From: Candidatus Poribacteria bacterium
GTDB taxonomy: Bacteria > Poribacteria > WGA-4E > PCPOR2b
NCBI GenBank assembly: GCA_965116925.1
Contig: OZ220744.1
Span: 2,729,136-2,793,135 of the forward strand
Length of the DNA stretch: 64,000 nt
Direction: 5' to 3'
The translations under genes were made by a program, and so were the position numbers. Each line of letters opens with the position of its first letter. The stretch's first letter is position 1. Positions 20,247 through 29,843 of the stretch are shown here, in pieces. A model generated the notes under the pieces. That model saw nothing but the letters and a program-made list of their open reading frames with translations. It was not told where the DNA came from and did not search any database.

Positions 20247-20329
20247 ATTTTTATCTGTGTAATGCGTAAAACGTGAAACGTAAAAACATCCGCGAATAAA
20301 CGTGAAAAAAAGAGTGTTGGTTCATTATA

Positions 20330-20435
20330 GTGAATTCAAAAAATAAAGAAACACTTGCGCCACCCCTGTTTGGTAGGCGCTGTTTATAACTGCGCCGATT
20401 TGGAGTGTCTCATTAATTCTAAGGTCCACTATAGT
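20330..20435. repeat. MITE-like element family 1, copy B (short form, about 106 bp)
   Basis: 'tatagtgaattcaaaaaataaagaaacacttgcgccacccctgtttggtaggcgctgtttataactgcgccgatttggagtgtctcattaattctaaggtccactatag'. Termini share CTATAGTG inverted. Confidence 0.75.
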
Positions 20436-20685
20436 TCATTGGTTCATTAAAACAAGTCGACAACACCTGTAGGTCGAGATTCATATCTCGACATCTTCAT
20501 ACTGTGATCACAGGTTGGGAAACCTGTGACTACGAAAGACTATTGATTTTGAAAAATCAGTCTCCAGCAGGGCAACCACAAGGGTTACCCCTACAGGAGT
20601 TATCCAATGTAGGGGCAGGTCTTGTGCCTGCCCAAAACCTGACACGCAATTTATCTCACTCGCTGGTACGCGAACTGCGATGTGA

Positions 20686-21846
20686 TTAGAGTGCTTGTTG
20701 ATACAGGTTGATCATGTCACCCTCGGTGCAAGGGCGAGGATTGGTCAGGTGGCACTGATCCGCCACTGCCTGCTGCGCGAGGCGAGGAATCATTTCTGCC
20801 GTCACATTGACCTCTCGCAAATGCGACGGAATGCCGATATCTTTGCACAGCTGCGTGACCTGATCTATTGCGGCTTGTGCGGCTTCCTCTGGTGGTAGGG
20901 GGTGGGTATTCACGCCAAATGCCGCAGCGATGTCCCTTAATTGATCCGTTGCAGCATTTTTGTTAAACGCCATTGTGTATGGAAGGAGAATCGCGTTTGC
21001 AAGCCCGTGGTGTAGGTCGGTGAGGGTCGAAAGCGGGTGTGCTAGTGAATGGGTGACACCTAGTTCTTTCTGAAACGCGATGGCACCCATCATCGCCGCC
21101 ATCATCATCGCACCACGCGCTTCAAGGTCACTGCCATTTTCGACAGCACGACGTAGGTTCTGAGCGACGAGTTTTACACCGGCGAGGGCGATCCCATCGC
21201 AAATCGGGTGATAGACGGTGGAGAGGTAGGATTCGAGATTGTGGGTGAGTGCGTCCATCCCTGTCGCAGCGGTCAAGGACTTGGGCAATCCGACGGTCAA
21301 TTCTGGATCTACGATAGCGGTTTTGGGAAGTAGGTGGGGACTAAACACCAACGCCTTGCGCTCCAGCGATTTTATTGTAACAACTGCCCCTCGTCCCACC
21401 TCACTCCCGGTCCCCGCAGCGGTTGGAATGGCGAGCATCGACGGTAGGTCGGACGAGATTTTCTCCAATCCCCCGTTGAGGACTTCGTATTCCGCTAGCG
21501 GTAGGGGATGGGTCGCCTTCAAGCAGATGAGCTTGGCGACATCTAGCGGACTTCCACCGCCCATGCCAATTACAAAATCGCAGCCCTCCTTCTGGAAAAT
21601 CTCCACACCGTCGAACACATCCGCTTCGACCGGATTGCCGTGGACGCCGTCGTAGATTGCGTAGTCGATTCGCGCTGCTTCGAGTCGATGCGTTATTTTA
21701 TCTGCTAGTCCTACTTGGCGAATCCCGTTATCCGTTACCACTAACACTTTCTGGGGCGAGAATGGCGAGAGTTGTTCGGCAAGTGTGTCAATTGTCCCGA
21801 CGCCGAAGATGATTCTGTTAGGAAAACTGAAGGTGGAAGGGGACAT
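20686..21846 (-). CDS. Iron-containing (group III) alcohol dehydrogenase
   Basis: 'GGGSPLDVAK' NAD-binding motif and Fe ligands in 'HSLAHPLS..HG'. Confidence 0.85.
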   Translation of the reverse strand: MSPSTFSFPNRIIFGVGTIDTLAEQLSPFSPQKVLVVTDNGIRQVGLADKITHRLEAARIDYAIYDGVHGNPVEADVFDGVEIFQKEGCDFVIGMGGGSPLDVAKLICLKATHPLPLAEYEVLNGGLEKISSDLPSMLAIPTAAGTGSEVGRGAVVTIKSLERKALVFSPHLLPKTAIVDPELTVGLPKSLTAATGMDALTHNLESYLSTVYHPICDGIALAGVKLVAQNLRRAVENGSDLEARGAMMMAAMMGAIAFQKELGVTHSLAHPLSTLTDLHHGLANAILLPYTMAFNKNAATDQLRDIAAAFGVNTHPLPPEEAAQAAIDQVTQLCKDIGIPSHLREVNVTAEMIPRLAQQAVADQCHLTNPRPCTEGDMINLYQQAL

Positions 21847-21885
21847 GTAGTTATCCTTTTTCTGATACGTGATGCGTAAGTTGGC

Positions 21886-22467
21886 TCATTGGTTTGCCAA
21901 TCGTAGTTCTGCGGTTGTCTTTCCGCCGTGTTCGACAAGCACCTCAATAACGGCTTCATTGCCTTTCCGAATTGCATCGTCTAACGCGGTTTGGTCACGA
22001 TCCCCCGTTGCCCGGCGGTTAATATCTACTCCGTGTGTTATAAGCAACAGCGCAGTTCTACGATAGGCATCTGAGTTTTCCTTGCCGCTGGTTGAGCCGC
22101 CTTGCGCTGCGGCGTGGAGTGCTGTTGTCATACCGAACGCATCTCCATTGACGTCTGCTCCATCTCCGAGTAGCAATTCAACGGCTTCGGCACACCCTGC
22201 ATCCGCCGCCCAAGCGATCGGGGTTCGCCACCATTGGGCGCGACGTGAGTTGAGGTCTGCCCCTGATTGAATGAGTCGCTCACACAGGCCGGTCATATTT
22301 CTGTGGGCTGCCCAATGCAGTGGTGTTGCCCCTCGGAGCACACCTTCTCGGAGCGATTCACCGATGGCGAGTGCCGGTTGTTGTTCGATAAGTTCTTGTG
22401 CAGCTTGTTCATTCCCGTTGTCAATTGCATCGATCAGTTCATCTACAGATGCCATACTTTGCTCCAA
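21886..22467 (-). CDS. Ankyrin-repeat protein
   Basis: Four or more ANK repeats ('GATPLHWAAHRN...LIQSGADLN', 'TALHAAAQGG'). Confidence 0.85.
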   Translation of the reverse strand: MEQSMASVDELIDAIDNGNEQAAQELIEQQPALAIGESLREGVLRGATPLHWAAHRNMTGLCERLIQSGADLNSRRAQWWRTPIAWAADAGCAEAVELLLGDGADVNGDAFGMTTALHAAAQGGSTSGKENSDAYRRTALLLITHGVDINRRATGDRDQTALDDAIRKGNEAVIEVLVEHGGKTTAELRLANQ

Positions 22468-22660
22468 TGAAACTCTGGTTTTTATTCGCGTGATTCACGG
22501 ACGTTTATTTTTTTTCACGAATCGACATGAATCTTTATTGTTGGTGTTGTAAACTTTCGTAACTCTGAAAGGATTATAATCAAAAGCTACCGGCTAAGTA
22601 TAAGGGGACTGCGCGTAAATGTCAACTATCTTTCAAAGTAGCGGAGGCACGGAAATTCTA

Positions 22661-22689
22661 TTGACACCAAATTGGGTCAGTGCTATAAT
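22661..22689 (+). promoter_or_regulatory. Consensus sigma-70-type promoter (TTGACA-17-TATAAT) driving the FNR gene
   Basis: TTGACA at 22661-22666, 17-nt spacer, TATAAT at 22684-22689. A leader of about 100 nt precedes the CDS. Confidence 0.6.
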
Positions 22690-22795
22690 GTGCAAACCAC
22701 AGTTAGATTAGTACGCCGATTAAGCACTTATATCTAAAAAATTAACACTGATCCATGCTCAGAATTTTCATCATTAAATTGACGGGAGGCGGACC

Positions 22796-23791
22796 GTGAT
22801 AACGTCTTTCTTAGAAAAACCTGCTGATTCATCGCTTATGCCAATTCCAGAAACAGCGGTAAATATTTATACACCAAAAAATCCCTTTTCGGCAGAGGTC
22901 GTGAGTAAATATCGGATTACAGACAGTTCCAGTCCGAACTACGGTTGGCATGTCGTCCTTAATCTGAAGGGAAGCAAAATGGTGGGAAAATATCGCATCG
23001 GTCAGAGTATCGGCGTGGTGCCGACTGGACGCTTCAATGACGCTGAGTTCAATTATGCACATGAGGCACTGAACGATAAGATTCGCTTGTATTCAATCAC
23101 TTCTGCTTGCTGGGGCGATGATTGGAACGGAGAAACCGTATCGCTATGTGTAAAACGCGAAATCGCAGAGGATGCAGAAACAGGCGAATTGGTTTTGGGC
23201 GTGGATTCAAACTATATCTGTGATGCAAAGCCCGGCGATGAGATGCTCATCACGGGACCCGTCGGTAAGAGCTTCCTACTACCGGATAACCCGCTCGACT
23301 ACAATTACGTTTTCACAGCAACGGGAACTGGGATTGCCCCGTTTGTCGGGATGCTCATCGAGTTATTCAATCAGGGCTTTGAGCGGGAGGTCTGGCTTGT
23401 CTTTGGCGTTCCGTATTCGACAGACATCATGTATAACGAAGAATTTCTTTATTTCGCAGAACGCCACCCGAATTTTCATTATGCAACTGCGATCAGCCGA
23501 GAACAGACCAACGCACGCGGCGGCAAGATGTATGTGCAGGACCGGCTCGAAGAGCATCAGGACGAACTTATCCCCCTGCTAGCACAGCCGGATACCCTGT
23601 TTTATATGTGTGGGCTAAAGGGCATGGAATACGGCATCTATCCGTGGCTCTATCGGATCGGATCGAACCTTGTCAACCTTCCGGACGGTCTGACTGTAGC
23701 GGACATTGAGGGGTTGCCCCGTGATGCTCCGGAGTGGTCAAAGATTGAGAGGGCGCGAGATAAAGAACGCCTGTTCAAGGAAACGTACTAA
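22796..23791 (+). CDS. Plant-type ferredoxin-NADP+ reductase (FNR family)
   Basis: FAD 'RLYSITSA', NADP 'GTGIAPF', 'YMCGLKGME' and C-terminal '...ETY' Tyr. The true start may be the internal Met MPIPE. Confidence 0.8.
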   Translation: MITSFLEKPADSSLMPIPETAVNIYTPKNPFSAEVVSKYRITDSSSPNYGWHVVLNLKGSKMVGKYRIGQSIGVVPTGRFNDAEFNYAHEALNDKIRLYSITSACWGDDWNGETVSLCVKREIAEDAETGELVLGVDSNYICDAKPGDEMLITGPVGKSFLLPDNPLDYNYVFTATGTGIAPFVGMLIELFNQGFEREVWLVFGVPYSTDIMYNEEFLYFAERHPNFHYATAISREQTNARGGKMYVQDRLEEHQDELIPLLAQPDTLFYMCGLKGMEYGIYPWLYRIGSNLVNLPDGLTVADIEGLPRDAPEWSKIERARDKERLFKETY

Positions 23792-23955
23792 AACTTTAGA
23801 AGCACATTTGTTCTTCGGTACATTAGTTCATTTTTATCGTCCTACAGGGGTTAATGAAGCATAATGCGTAACGAGTCATACGTAACGTCAAAACCTCTGG
23901 AAACGGCGAAAAGGACTTACGCATTATTCCTTACGCATCACGTTTCAATCCCCGT

Positions 23956-24780
23956 TTATCCTACCTCTTCACCATCAAGCCTACCAACCTGCAGATCGAT
24001 CTCTTCACGGGTCTCCATCTTATCGATTTTGCCGTCCGCCATGTAGAAAATTCGATCCGAGACATCAAGCATCTTTGTGTCGTGGGTGGCTGTGATAATC
24101 GTGACCCCATTCTCCTCATTTAGACTTTTCAGGAGGTCAATAATTTCAAGCCCGGTCCGTGTGTCTAGGTTTCCTGTTGGCTCATCCGCGAGGACAATCG
24201 CGGGATCGTTTGCGAGGGAGCGCGCAACGGCGACACGTTGTTGCTGACCACCGGAGAGTTCAAGCGGCTTATGCTGGACCCGTTCTCCTAACCCCACAGT
24301 GGTTAGCAGTTCAACCGCTTTTGTGCGGCTATCATCAGCAGTCATCCCAGCGAAAATCATGGGGAGGGAGACATTTTCGAGGGCGGTCATCACAGGGATG
24401 AGGTTGAACGACTGGAAAATGTAACCGATTTTACGGCAGCGCAGCCATGCCAATTCGTAGGCATCTAGTTGTGCGATATCCACTTCATCTATGTAGACCC
24501 TGCCCTCTGTCGGCTTGTCCAAGCCACCGATCATGTTGAAAAGCGTTGACTTACCGGAGCCTGATGGTCCCATAATCGAGATGTACTCTCCACGGCGGAT
24601 TTCAAAGTTGGTGCCTCGCAACGCCTCAACGACAGTGGTGCCCATCTCGTATTTCTTAATTAGATTCCTGACCCGTACCGTGTTTTCCTTGGGTAGATCC
24701 CTTGCAAATCGGGCGGGCGTTTCTGTCGGCACGGCGGTCTGCCCTGCTGTTTCCGGAGATAGTCCTTCTAATTCTGCCAT
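23956..24780 (-). CDS. ABC transporter ATP-binding protein, MacB/LolD/FtsE-type
   Basis: Walker A 'GPSGSGKSTLFNMIGG', Q-loop 'IGYIFQSFNL', signature 'LSGGQQQRVAVARSL', Walker B 'VLADEPTGNLD'. Start at MAELEG preferred because of the overlap with the upstream gene. Confidence 0.85.
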   Translation of the reverse strand: MAELEGLSPETAGQTAVPTETPARFARDLPKENTVRVRNLIKKYEMGTTVVEALRGTNFEIRRGEYISIMGPSGSGKSTLFNMIGGLDKPTEGRVYIDEVDIAQLDAYELAWLRCRKIGYIFQSFNLIPVMTALENVSLPMIFAGMTADDSRTKAVELLTTVGLGERVQHKPLELSGGQQQRVAVARSLANDPAIVLADEPTGNLDTRTGLEIIDLLKSLNEENGVTIITATHDTKMLDVSDRIFYMADGKIDKMETREEIDLQVGRLDGEEVG

Positions 24781-24781
24781 T

Positions 24782-25201
24782 TTACCTGTTTCCTTTCTTC
24801 GCTTTTTGGGGAACCGCAAATCCTACCATTCCCCGCTTGCCTAACTGCCGCATAAACGTGAACAGCGATGTCTCCGCCTCTTTTCTCGTCATGCGATATT
24901 TGTCACAAAGTTGTTTGACGATATAACCGATGGAATTATGTCCATCGCATAGTTGCCACACAAAGCCTCCGACATCGTCCAAGACAACCACACGGTTGGG
25001 AGGCAGCATAAAGAGTTTCGCTACCAACTTTAACCACAGCGTCTCCTTCTGAGGAATAACCAATGCAACTTCCCCTTTGTCATCGACCTCCCATTCGATT
25101 AACTGGTTGCGTAGCGGCAATGATTTTAAGATGTCCCCTCGATCCAGTTGGGATTCTGGACGTTTCTTGAGTCTGAGTTTGTAAAGGATTGCATTAATCA
25201 T
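24782..25201 (-). CDS. PqqD-family (RiPP-recognition-element-like) protein
   Basis: 'VVLDDVGGFVWQLCDGHNSIGYIVKQLCDKYRMTRKEAETSLFTFMRQLGKRGMV' matches the PqqD/RRE winged-helix pattern. Confidence 0.6.
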   Translation of the reverse strand: MINAILYKLRLKKRPESQLDRGDILKSLPLRNQLIEWEVDDKGEVALVIPQKETLWLKLVAKLFMLPPNRVVVLDDVGGFVWQLCDGHNSIGYIVKQLCDKYRMTRKEAETSLFTFMRQLGKRGMVGFAVPQKAKKGNR

Positions 25202-25250
25202 CGGTCTATTTGGTTCATTGGTACATTAGTTCATTGGTACATTATCCGTG

Positions 25251-25559
25251 CTATAGCGCAATTTCTGCCGTCGCGTACGCGAGAGCAAAGAGGAGGAATA
25301 GTATAGCGTAACCAATTTTTGAATTGCAATCAGGAAACTTCCTTTTGAGATCCGTTGCACAATACACGGCAACCGCTGCGGAACCTGTTAGGCTCACGCC
25401 GAGAAAAATCGGATCTGGAATGTCGAGTTCTCCGATGAAGTACCCCATCAAACCACAGAGAATACACCACAAGAACCAGACGGGACCAGAATCATACCAC
25501 TTCATCTCTCTTTCCCCCTTTGCCGTAATTGTGGTGCGTGGGTTCATGTTACGTTTCAC
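25251..25559 (-). CDS. Small two-TM membrane protein (unknown)
   Basis: Hydrophobic segments 'VWFLWCILCGLMGYFIG' and 'IGYAILFLLFALAYA'. Confidence 0.45.
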   Translation of the reverse strand: MKRNMNPRTTITAKGEREMKWYDSGPVWFLWCILCGLMGYFIGELDIPDPIFLGVSLTGSAAVAVYCATDLKRKFPDCNSKIGYAILFLLFALAYATAEIAL

Positions 25560-25576
25560 GTTTCACGCGTCACGTT

Positions 25577-26506
25577 TTAATGACGCCGGATGCTCGCCGC
25601 AATCTCTTCGGCTGTTCTCGCTGCATCCTGTTTGGCGATCGCTTGGACGACGTAGATCCGATTGGAGTGATGACAGTACCAGAGGTTCACGGCGAAAGTT
25701 TTGCGACGCATAATTTTGTCGATCACCAGCGCGGGACCAAAAGGCACGCGGTCTATGAGACGAGTTTCCTCTCCGATTAACGTTAGCCGTTCTTCTGCAT
25801 CGCCGTTGCTGGATTCAATTGAGAAGCCATATCCACGGATGGCTTTGGCGTATCTCCCTCGAAACCACTCCTCAAGATCTTGTTCCTTGAGCGTAACATC
25901 TGCGACTCCATACCGTTCGATGCTAACTTTTCGACTTCCATCTACGAACGAAAAGAGCAGGTAGCCCGACAACAGTTTATGCTTGTCGAGGCGATACCGC
26001 CGCGGAACTTCTGCATTGAGTTGGTAGGCACTCCAGAGCGTCGCCTGTCCTACCGGGTGATCTTGAACCGACCTAAATATTCGGCTAGTTGTCTCCTTAA
26101 TATTTTCCTTGAGATGTCCCATAACCTGCACGATTGTAATTCGCTTGCAGATATGGCAGTGGAAGATAACGCCGCTCGCCCGAAAATCGCCCTTCCAGTT
26201 GAAGAAAACAACCTCTCTGTCCTCGAAAAACGCCTCATCCTTGATTAGATTGACGTTACGCTGGATGTGCAGGTTTGTATCTTTGCGTTTATAATTTTTG
26301 CGGACGAGCTTGAAATAGTCGTCGAGGACCTTTTGGAGGTCTGGTTTCTTCTGCTTTGATTCAGACCATTTTAACTCAAGGCGCGGCATATCCGCGTCCT
26401 CTAGGCGCAGGTATCCACTTTTATCGTCACCAGATAATCCACTCAATTCCCAATCTGCGGGTAGTTCAAGGGTAATGCCACCCCACCCTAAAGTTGTCCA
26501 TTCCAT
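25577..26506 (-). CDS. Hypothetical 309-aa protein (no recognisable family), first gene of the PqqD/ABC operon
   Basis: Long ORF with codon usage like its neighbours. Tight spacing (17 bp) to the downstream gene. Confidence 0.5.
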   Translation of the reverse strand: MEWTTLGWGGITLELPADWELSGLSGDDKSGYLRLEDADMPRLELKWSESKQKKPDLQKVLDDYFKLVRKNYKRKDTNLHIQRNVNLIKDEAFFEDREVVFFNWKGDFRASGVIFHCHICKRITIVQVMGHLKENIKETTSRIFRSVQDHPVGQATLWSAYQLNAEVPRRYRLDKHKLLSGYLLFSFVDGSRKVSIERYGVADVTLKEQDLEEWFRGRYAKAIRGYGFSIESSNGDAEERLTLIGEETRLIDRVPFGPALVIDKIMRRKTFAVNLWYCHHSNRIYVVQAIAKQDAARTAEEIAASIRRH

Positions 26507-26546
26507 AGTTGGTTCATCGGTACATTAGTTCATTGATTATGAAGTT

Positions 26547-26680
26547 GGCTCATGTTAAGAAAGCGTGCAACAGCAACCGAGTTTTCGTAGGGGTTGGGTC
26601 ACCCAACCCTTACGGCGGGCGGGGAAACCCCGCCCCTACGATTTCGCTTCATATTTTGCACTTTCTTTTTACATGAGCCA
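26547..26680. repeat. MITE-like element family 2, copy c
   Basis: 'ggctcatgttaagaaagcgtgcaa...cgtaggggttgggtcacccaacccttacggcgggcggggaaaccccgcccctacg...tttgcactttctttttacatgagcc'. Confidence 0.8.
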
Positions 26681-26743
26681 TGAAGTTAACGGTTGAGGGC
26701 ATCTAGGGCTTCCACACATGTCACTGATGGTCCCTGACGAATC

Positions 26744-27475
26744 TTAAAGCATTGGACTGTCAGGTCTGGGATTAGTCTCAGTCCTCTTATTCTCGGAAAT
26801 CTTGGGGGTAGTGGACGAAGGAATTTCAAGTCCGGTCAAATTCTTAAGAATGGAACGAGCAGCCATATGTACCAATTCATCAACAGCCCGTTTGTAAGTC
26901 CACTGATCCCCTGTTTGTACAGAAATCTCACCTGTTCCTTCCCAGACGACATCACCCATTGTACATGACCAGACTTGTCCAAATATATTCATTTTGATTT
27001 CTTTTACTACTAATGGGTCTTTGCTCAAGATCCTTGGTGCAAGTCCCTCTGTTTGTGATTGCTCTAAGAGTTCGACGTACAATAGATATTCGACACCTAC
27101 CACTGTCCCAATTTTTATCAGACTGCCTTTGTTCAAGATAGCTGAACGGTTATAGTTGTTTATCAGTCGTGAATAGTCTTCTATCAATCCCGCATTGCTG
27201 ATTAAGGCTATTGTTTCAAGGTCCCCTATAAACTTACCTTCAGGAAATTTATTGCTAAGATCTTTATTCAACTTATTTCCAAACGGTCTTCGTAATCCTT
27301 CCTGACTGGCGCTGGCAACAACAGGAAGTAAGCCCAATCCTCCTGCAGCGAGTGCCCCCTGTTTAGATTCTGTGGCAAAATAATCGAATTTGACATTCTG
27401 TGTAATAGGCGCTGCACAACCTGAAAAAATCACCAACATAAGGGGGAACAGTTTTTGGTGTATTGATCGTTTCAT
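26744..27475 (-). CDS. Lipoprotein (unknown function)
   Basis: Signal peptide plus lipobox 'LVIFSGC'. Confidence 0.55.
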   Translation of the reverse strand: MKRSIHQKLFPLMLVIFSGCAAPITQNVKFDYFATESKQGALAAGGLGLLPVVASASQEGLRRPFGNKLNKDLSNKFPEGKFIGDLETIALISNAGLIEDYSRLINNYNRSAILNKGSLIKIGTVVGVEYLLYVELLEQSQTEGLAPRILSKDPLVVKEIKMNIFGQVWSCTMGDVVWEGTGEISVQTGDQWTYKRAVDELVHMAARSILKNLTGLEIPSSTTPKISENKRTETNPRPDSPML

Positions 27476-27581
27476 CGGTTTTTCCTCTTTGAATGTCGAG
27501 ATATGAATCTCGACCTACACGATCTGGTTACAGCACATTGCCTTGAATCCCGATTTATCGGGGCGGAGTGTGCCCACTACT

Positions 27582-29579
27582 TTAGAAAGGCTTGACAATC
27601 ACCGCTTTAGAGACTAGCGCAATTGCAACCGTTCCCATTCCAATCAGTCCGACACCACAGACAAAGCCTGCTGCTAAAACGGGATTAAACATGAACCATC
27701 GTTTCAGTCCGAATATCTTAATCATGTAAAATCGACCGATAATTGCTCCCATTACCTTTGGAAGCATCATGCCTGGATCTGCTCCGATGCCGCCGACGAT
27801 CCCGTAGAACCACATACTCGGCATCTTTGCCACCCAGAGTATGCCGTAGATTGCCAGCGAGGAGGCGAAGCCTGCCGCAACATAGTTGCCACGAATGGCT
27901 TGCAACATCTGGCTGTTTCCGTCACGAAGCGAGGTTTTCCAGAGGCATTCGTTGGTCGCATAGAGGGGCCACCACGTCTGTGCGAATGGGTATTGCGCCG
28001 ACGGAATTGGCGCAACTTTCCAGACAAAATGCCAGACCACAATGCCGGAGACGATCAGGATCGGCATAAGCAGCAATCGTGCAGCGATACTACTGGTGAA
28101 GGTGGTGCCTGTCAATTCGAGGACACGCCAACTTTGGGTGCCACGTCCGTAGTCTTCGTCCGGCAGCGGGACGAACCAGATATCGATCTCCTCATAACGA
28201 CTCAGGATAAATGTAGTTTCGTGGAGATAAGGGATCTCGAAAAGGTCACGGCCGAGGATCCCGTACGTTCGCGCAGTGATGTATGAATTGATCGGGGTGT
28301 ACAAAAAGGCGAATCCGATAAGGAAAACCAGTGGGAAGTTCGGCGCCATATAGGTGTGGACAATATAGATAAAAGTGGTCATCCCAAAGAGCCATAGGAT
28401 TGCCATCAACCAGAGCGGAAAATCGCCGCGTCCCGGTGGTGGTTCTCTTAACGATCTGCCTGCCCCTGTCTGTTCCTGTCGGGCTTGCTTAAACTTTATC
28501 ACCATCGGAATCGAGGCTGCCATGCCAACGAGGGCGAAGCTGAACGATTTTCCCATCCCAAAGCTAATCCAAAAATCGAGACCGTTATATAAGCCTACAC
28601 CGCGGACATCCAAGCCGGGACGCCACTGATGTAAAATCTCTGCGGGATAGAGAAGTCGTGGGTTCAGAATAAACTGGGTAAAGAATGCCCCTGCCAGCTC
28701 CGTCATGATAATGGGAAATGGCAGCACAAAACCGGTGAGTACCGCTCCGAAGTCGGTCGATAATGCGAATACACCTGTTGGCGCGATTTCTTCAATTACA
28801 TTCGTGAAATCGATAAATGGAATTTTCAGGAGCTGTATCGGCGTTGTCATCATCACGCCTGTAAGTGAGGGGATACCGATATAGATAAATCCCCAGATCA
28901 AACCCGCCATAGATCCGACCGAAAAAACCCGCCACCGCCACGTTTCGACACGTCCGGTGGTTTCTGCTAAGGCGGTCGCGCCCTGTGCTTCGATGGGTGC
29001 CATTGGGTAGGGTAGCCGCTCCATATCCGCTGTCAGTCGAAACAGAAAGTAGCCTGCACTGATATAGCGGATCTCCCCCAGCAGCTTGAATATCAGGAAG
29101 AATGCGATGGGCCAGAACCAGTCCATGTGCAAGAGCGAACGCTCTGCAATCGCTATCGCATCTTTCGGCGGCACAATCCAGAAAGGGATTTTATCCGCAA
29201 TTTCATACGACGCAGCTTGTGGCGTATTGATAAAGTATGCGTACCAGATAAAGCCGCGATACTGACCCCCGGACCCGACCGCTGCACCGGTGAGTCCAAG
29301 TAACATATAAAGCTCTTGTCGCCGAGCGGTTGTGAAAGATCGACGGGCTAGCTCTGTGAACAGGATAACTGCGACCCACGGTGCTGCCCCTGCCCCGGAT
29401 TGACCAGAGACGAGGGTCAGGTAGATTGACCCCGGCATCATCAGCAAGCCGACAAAAAGTGCGCCCAAAAAGACCTTCAGCGTTAGACCCGATTCAAAAG
29501 TGCGGATACCACCATCGATGTCGTAGCGCTGTGCCCAAACTTGCCACTCTTCTGCTTGTGTAATTCGTTCTCTTGCCAT
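27582..29579 (-). CDS. Polytopic membrane protein (about 14-16 TM; possible transporter, family not recognised), paralog 2
   Basis: 665 aa, about 70% identical to the product of 30966-32963. Many hydrophobic helices. Conserved N-terminus 'MARER.TQAEEWQ.WAQRYD'. Confidence 0.6.
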   Translation of the reverse strand: MARERITQAEEWQVWAQRYDIDGGIRTFESGLTLKVFLGALFVGLLMMPGSIYLTLVSGQSGAGAAPWVAVILFTELARRSFTTARRQELYMLLGLTGAAVGSGGQYRGFIWYAYFINTPQAASYEIADKIPFWIVPPKDAIAIAERSLLHMDWFWPIAFFLIFKLLGEIRYISAGYFLFRLTADMERLPYPMAPIEAQGATALAETTGRVETWRWRVFSVGSMAGLIWGFIYIGIPSLTGVMMTTPIQLLKIPFIDFTNVIEEIAPTGVFALSTDFGAVLTGFVLPFPIIMTELAGAFFTQFILNPRLLYPAEILHQWRPGLDVRGVGLYNGLDFWISFGMGKSFSFALVGMAASIPMVIKFKQARQEQTGAGRSLREPPPGRGDFPLWLMAILWLFGMTTFIYIVHTYMAPNFPLVFLIGFAFLYTPINSYITARTYGILGRDLFEIPYLHETTFILSRYEEIDIWFVPLPDEDYGRGTQSWRVLELTGTTFTSSIAARLLLMPILIVSGIVVWHFVWKVAPIPSAQYPFAQTWWPLYATNECLWKTSLRDGNSQMLQAIRGNYVAAGFASSLAIYGILWVAKMPSMWFYGIVGGIGADPGMMLPKVMGAIIGRFYMIKIFGLKRWFMFNPVLAAGFVCGVGLIGMGTVAIALVSKAVIVKPF

Positions 29580-29843
29580 AACAACCTAAGTCCATTAGTT
29601 CAAGGGTTCATGGCTAATTAAGTTACATTAAGGGACTCGATCCGAAACGATTCGGTCCTTCAGTGCCTTTAATGAGAAGAAGATTCTCCAAACTATCATC
29701 GCAATAGGAAGTCTCAGTTATGCTCAATTTCAGTTAGGTGTTGAGATATGAATCTCGACCTACTTACCCAATCGGGAATCTATGTTTGTTTGGGGAATAA
29801 CAATCCTCGTTTTCTGTTTCTTCTGTATGCTGCTCTATCCACG

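Noticed and set aside
27582-29579. Assignment of the 665-aa membrane paralogs to the OPT oligopeptide transporter family
   Set aside because: Size and TM count are compatible, but I could not recognise OPT signature motifs, so the family is left open.
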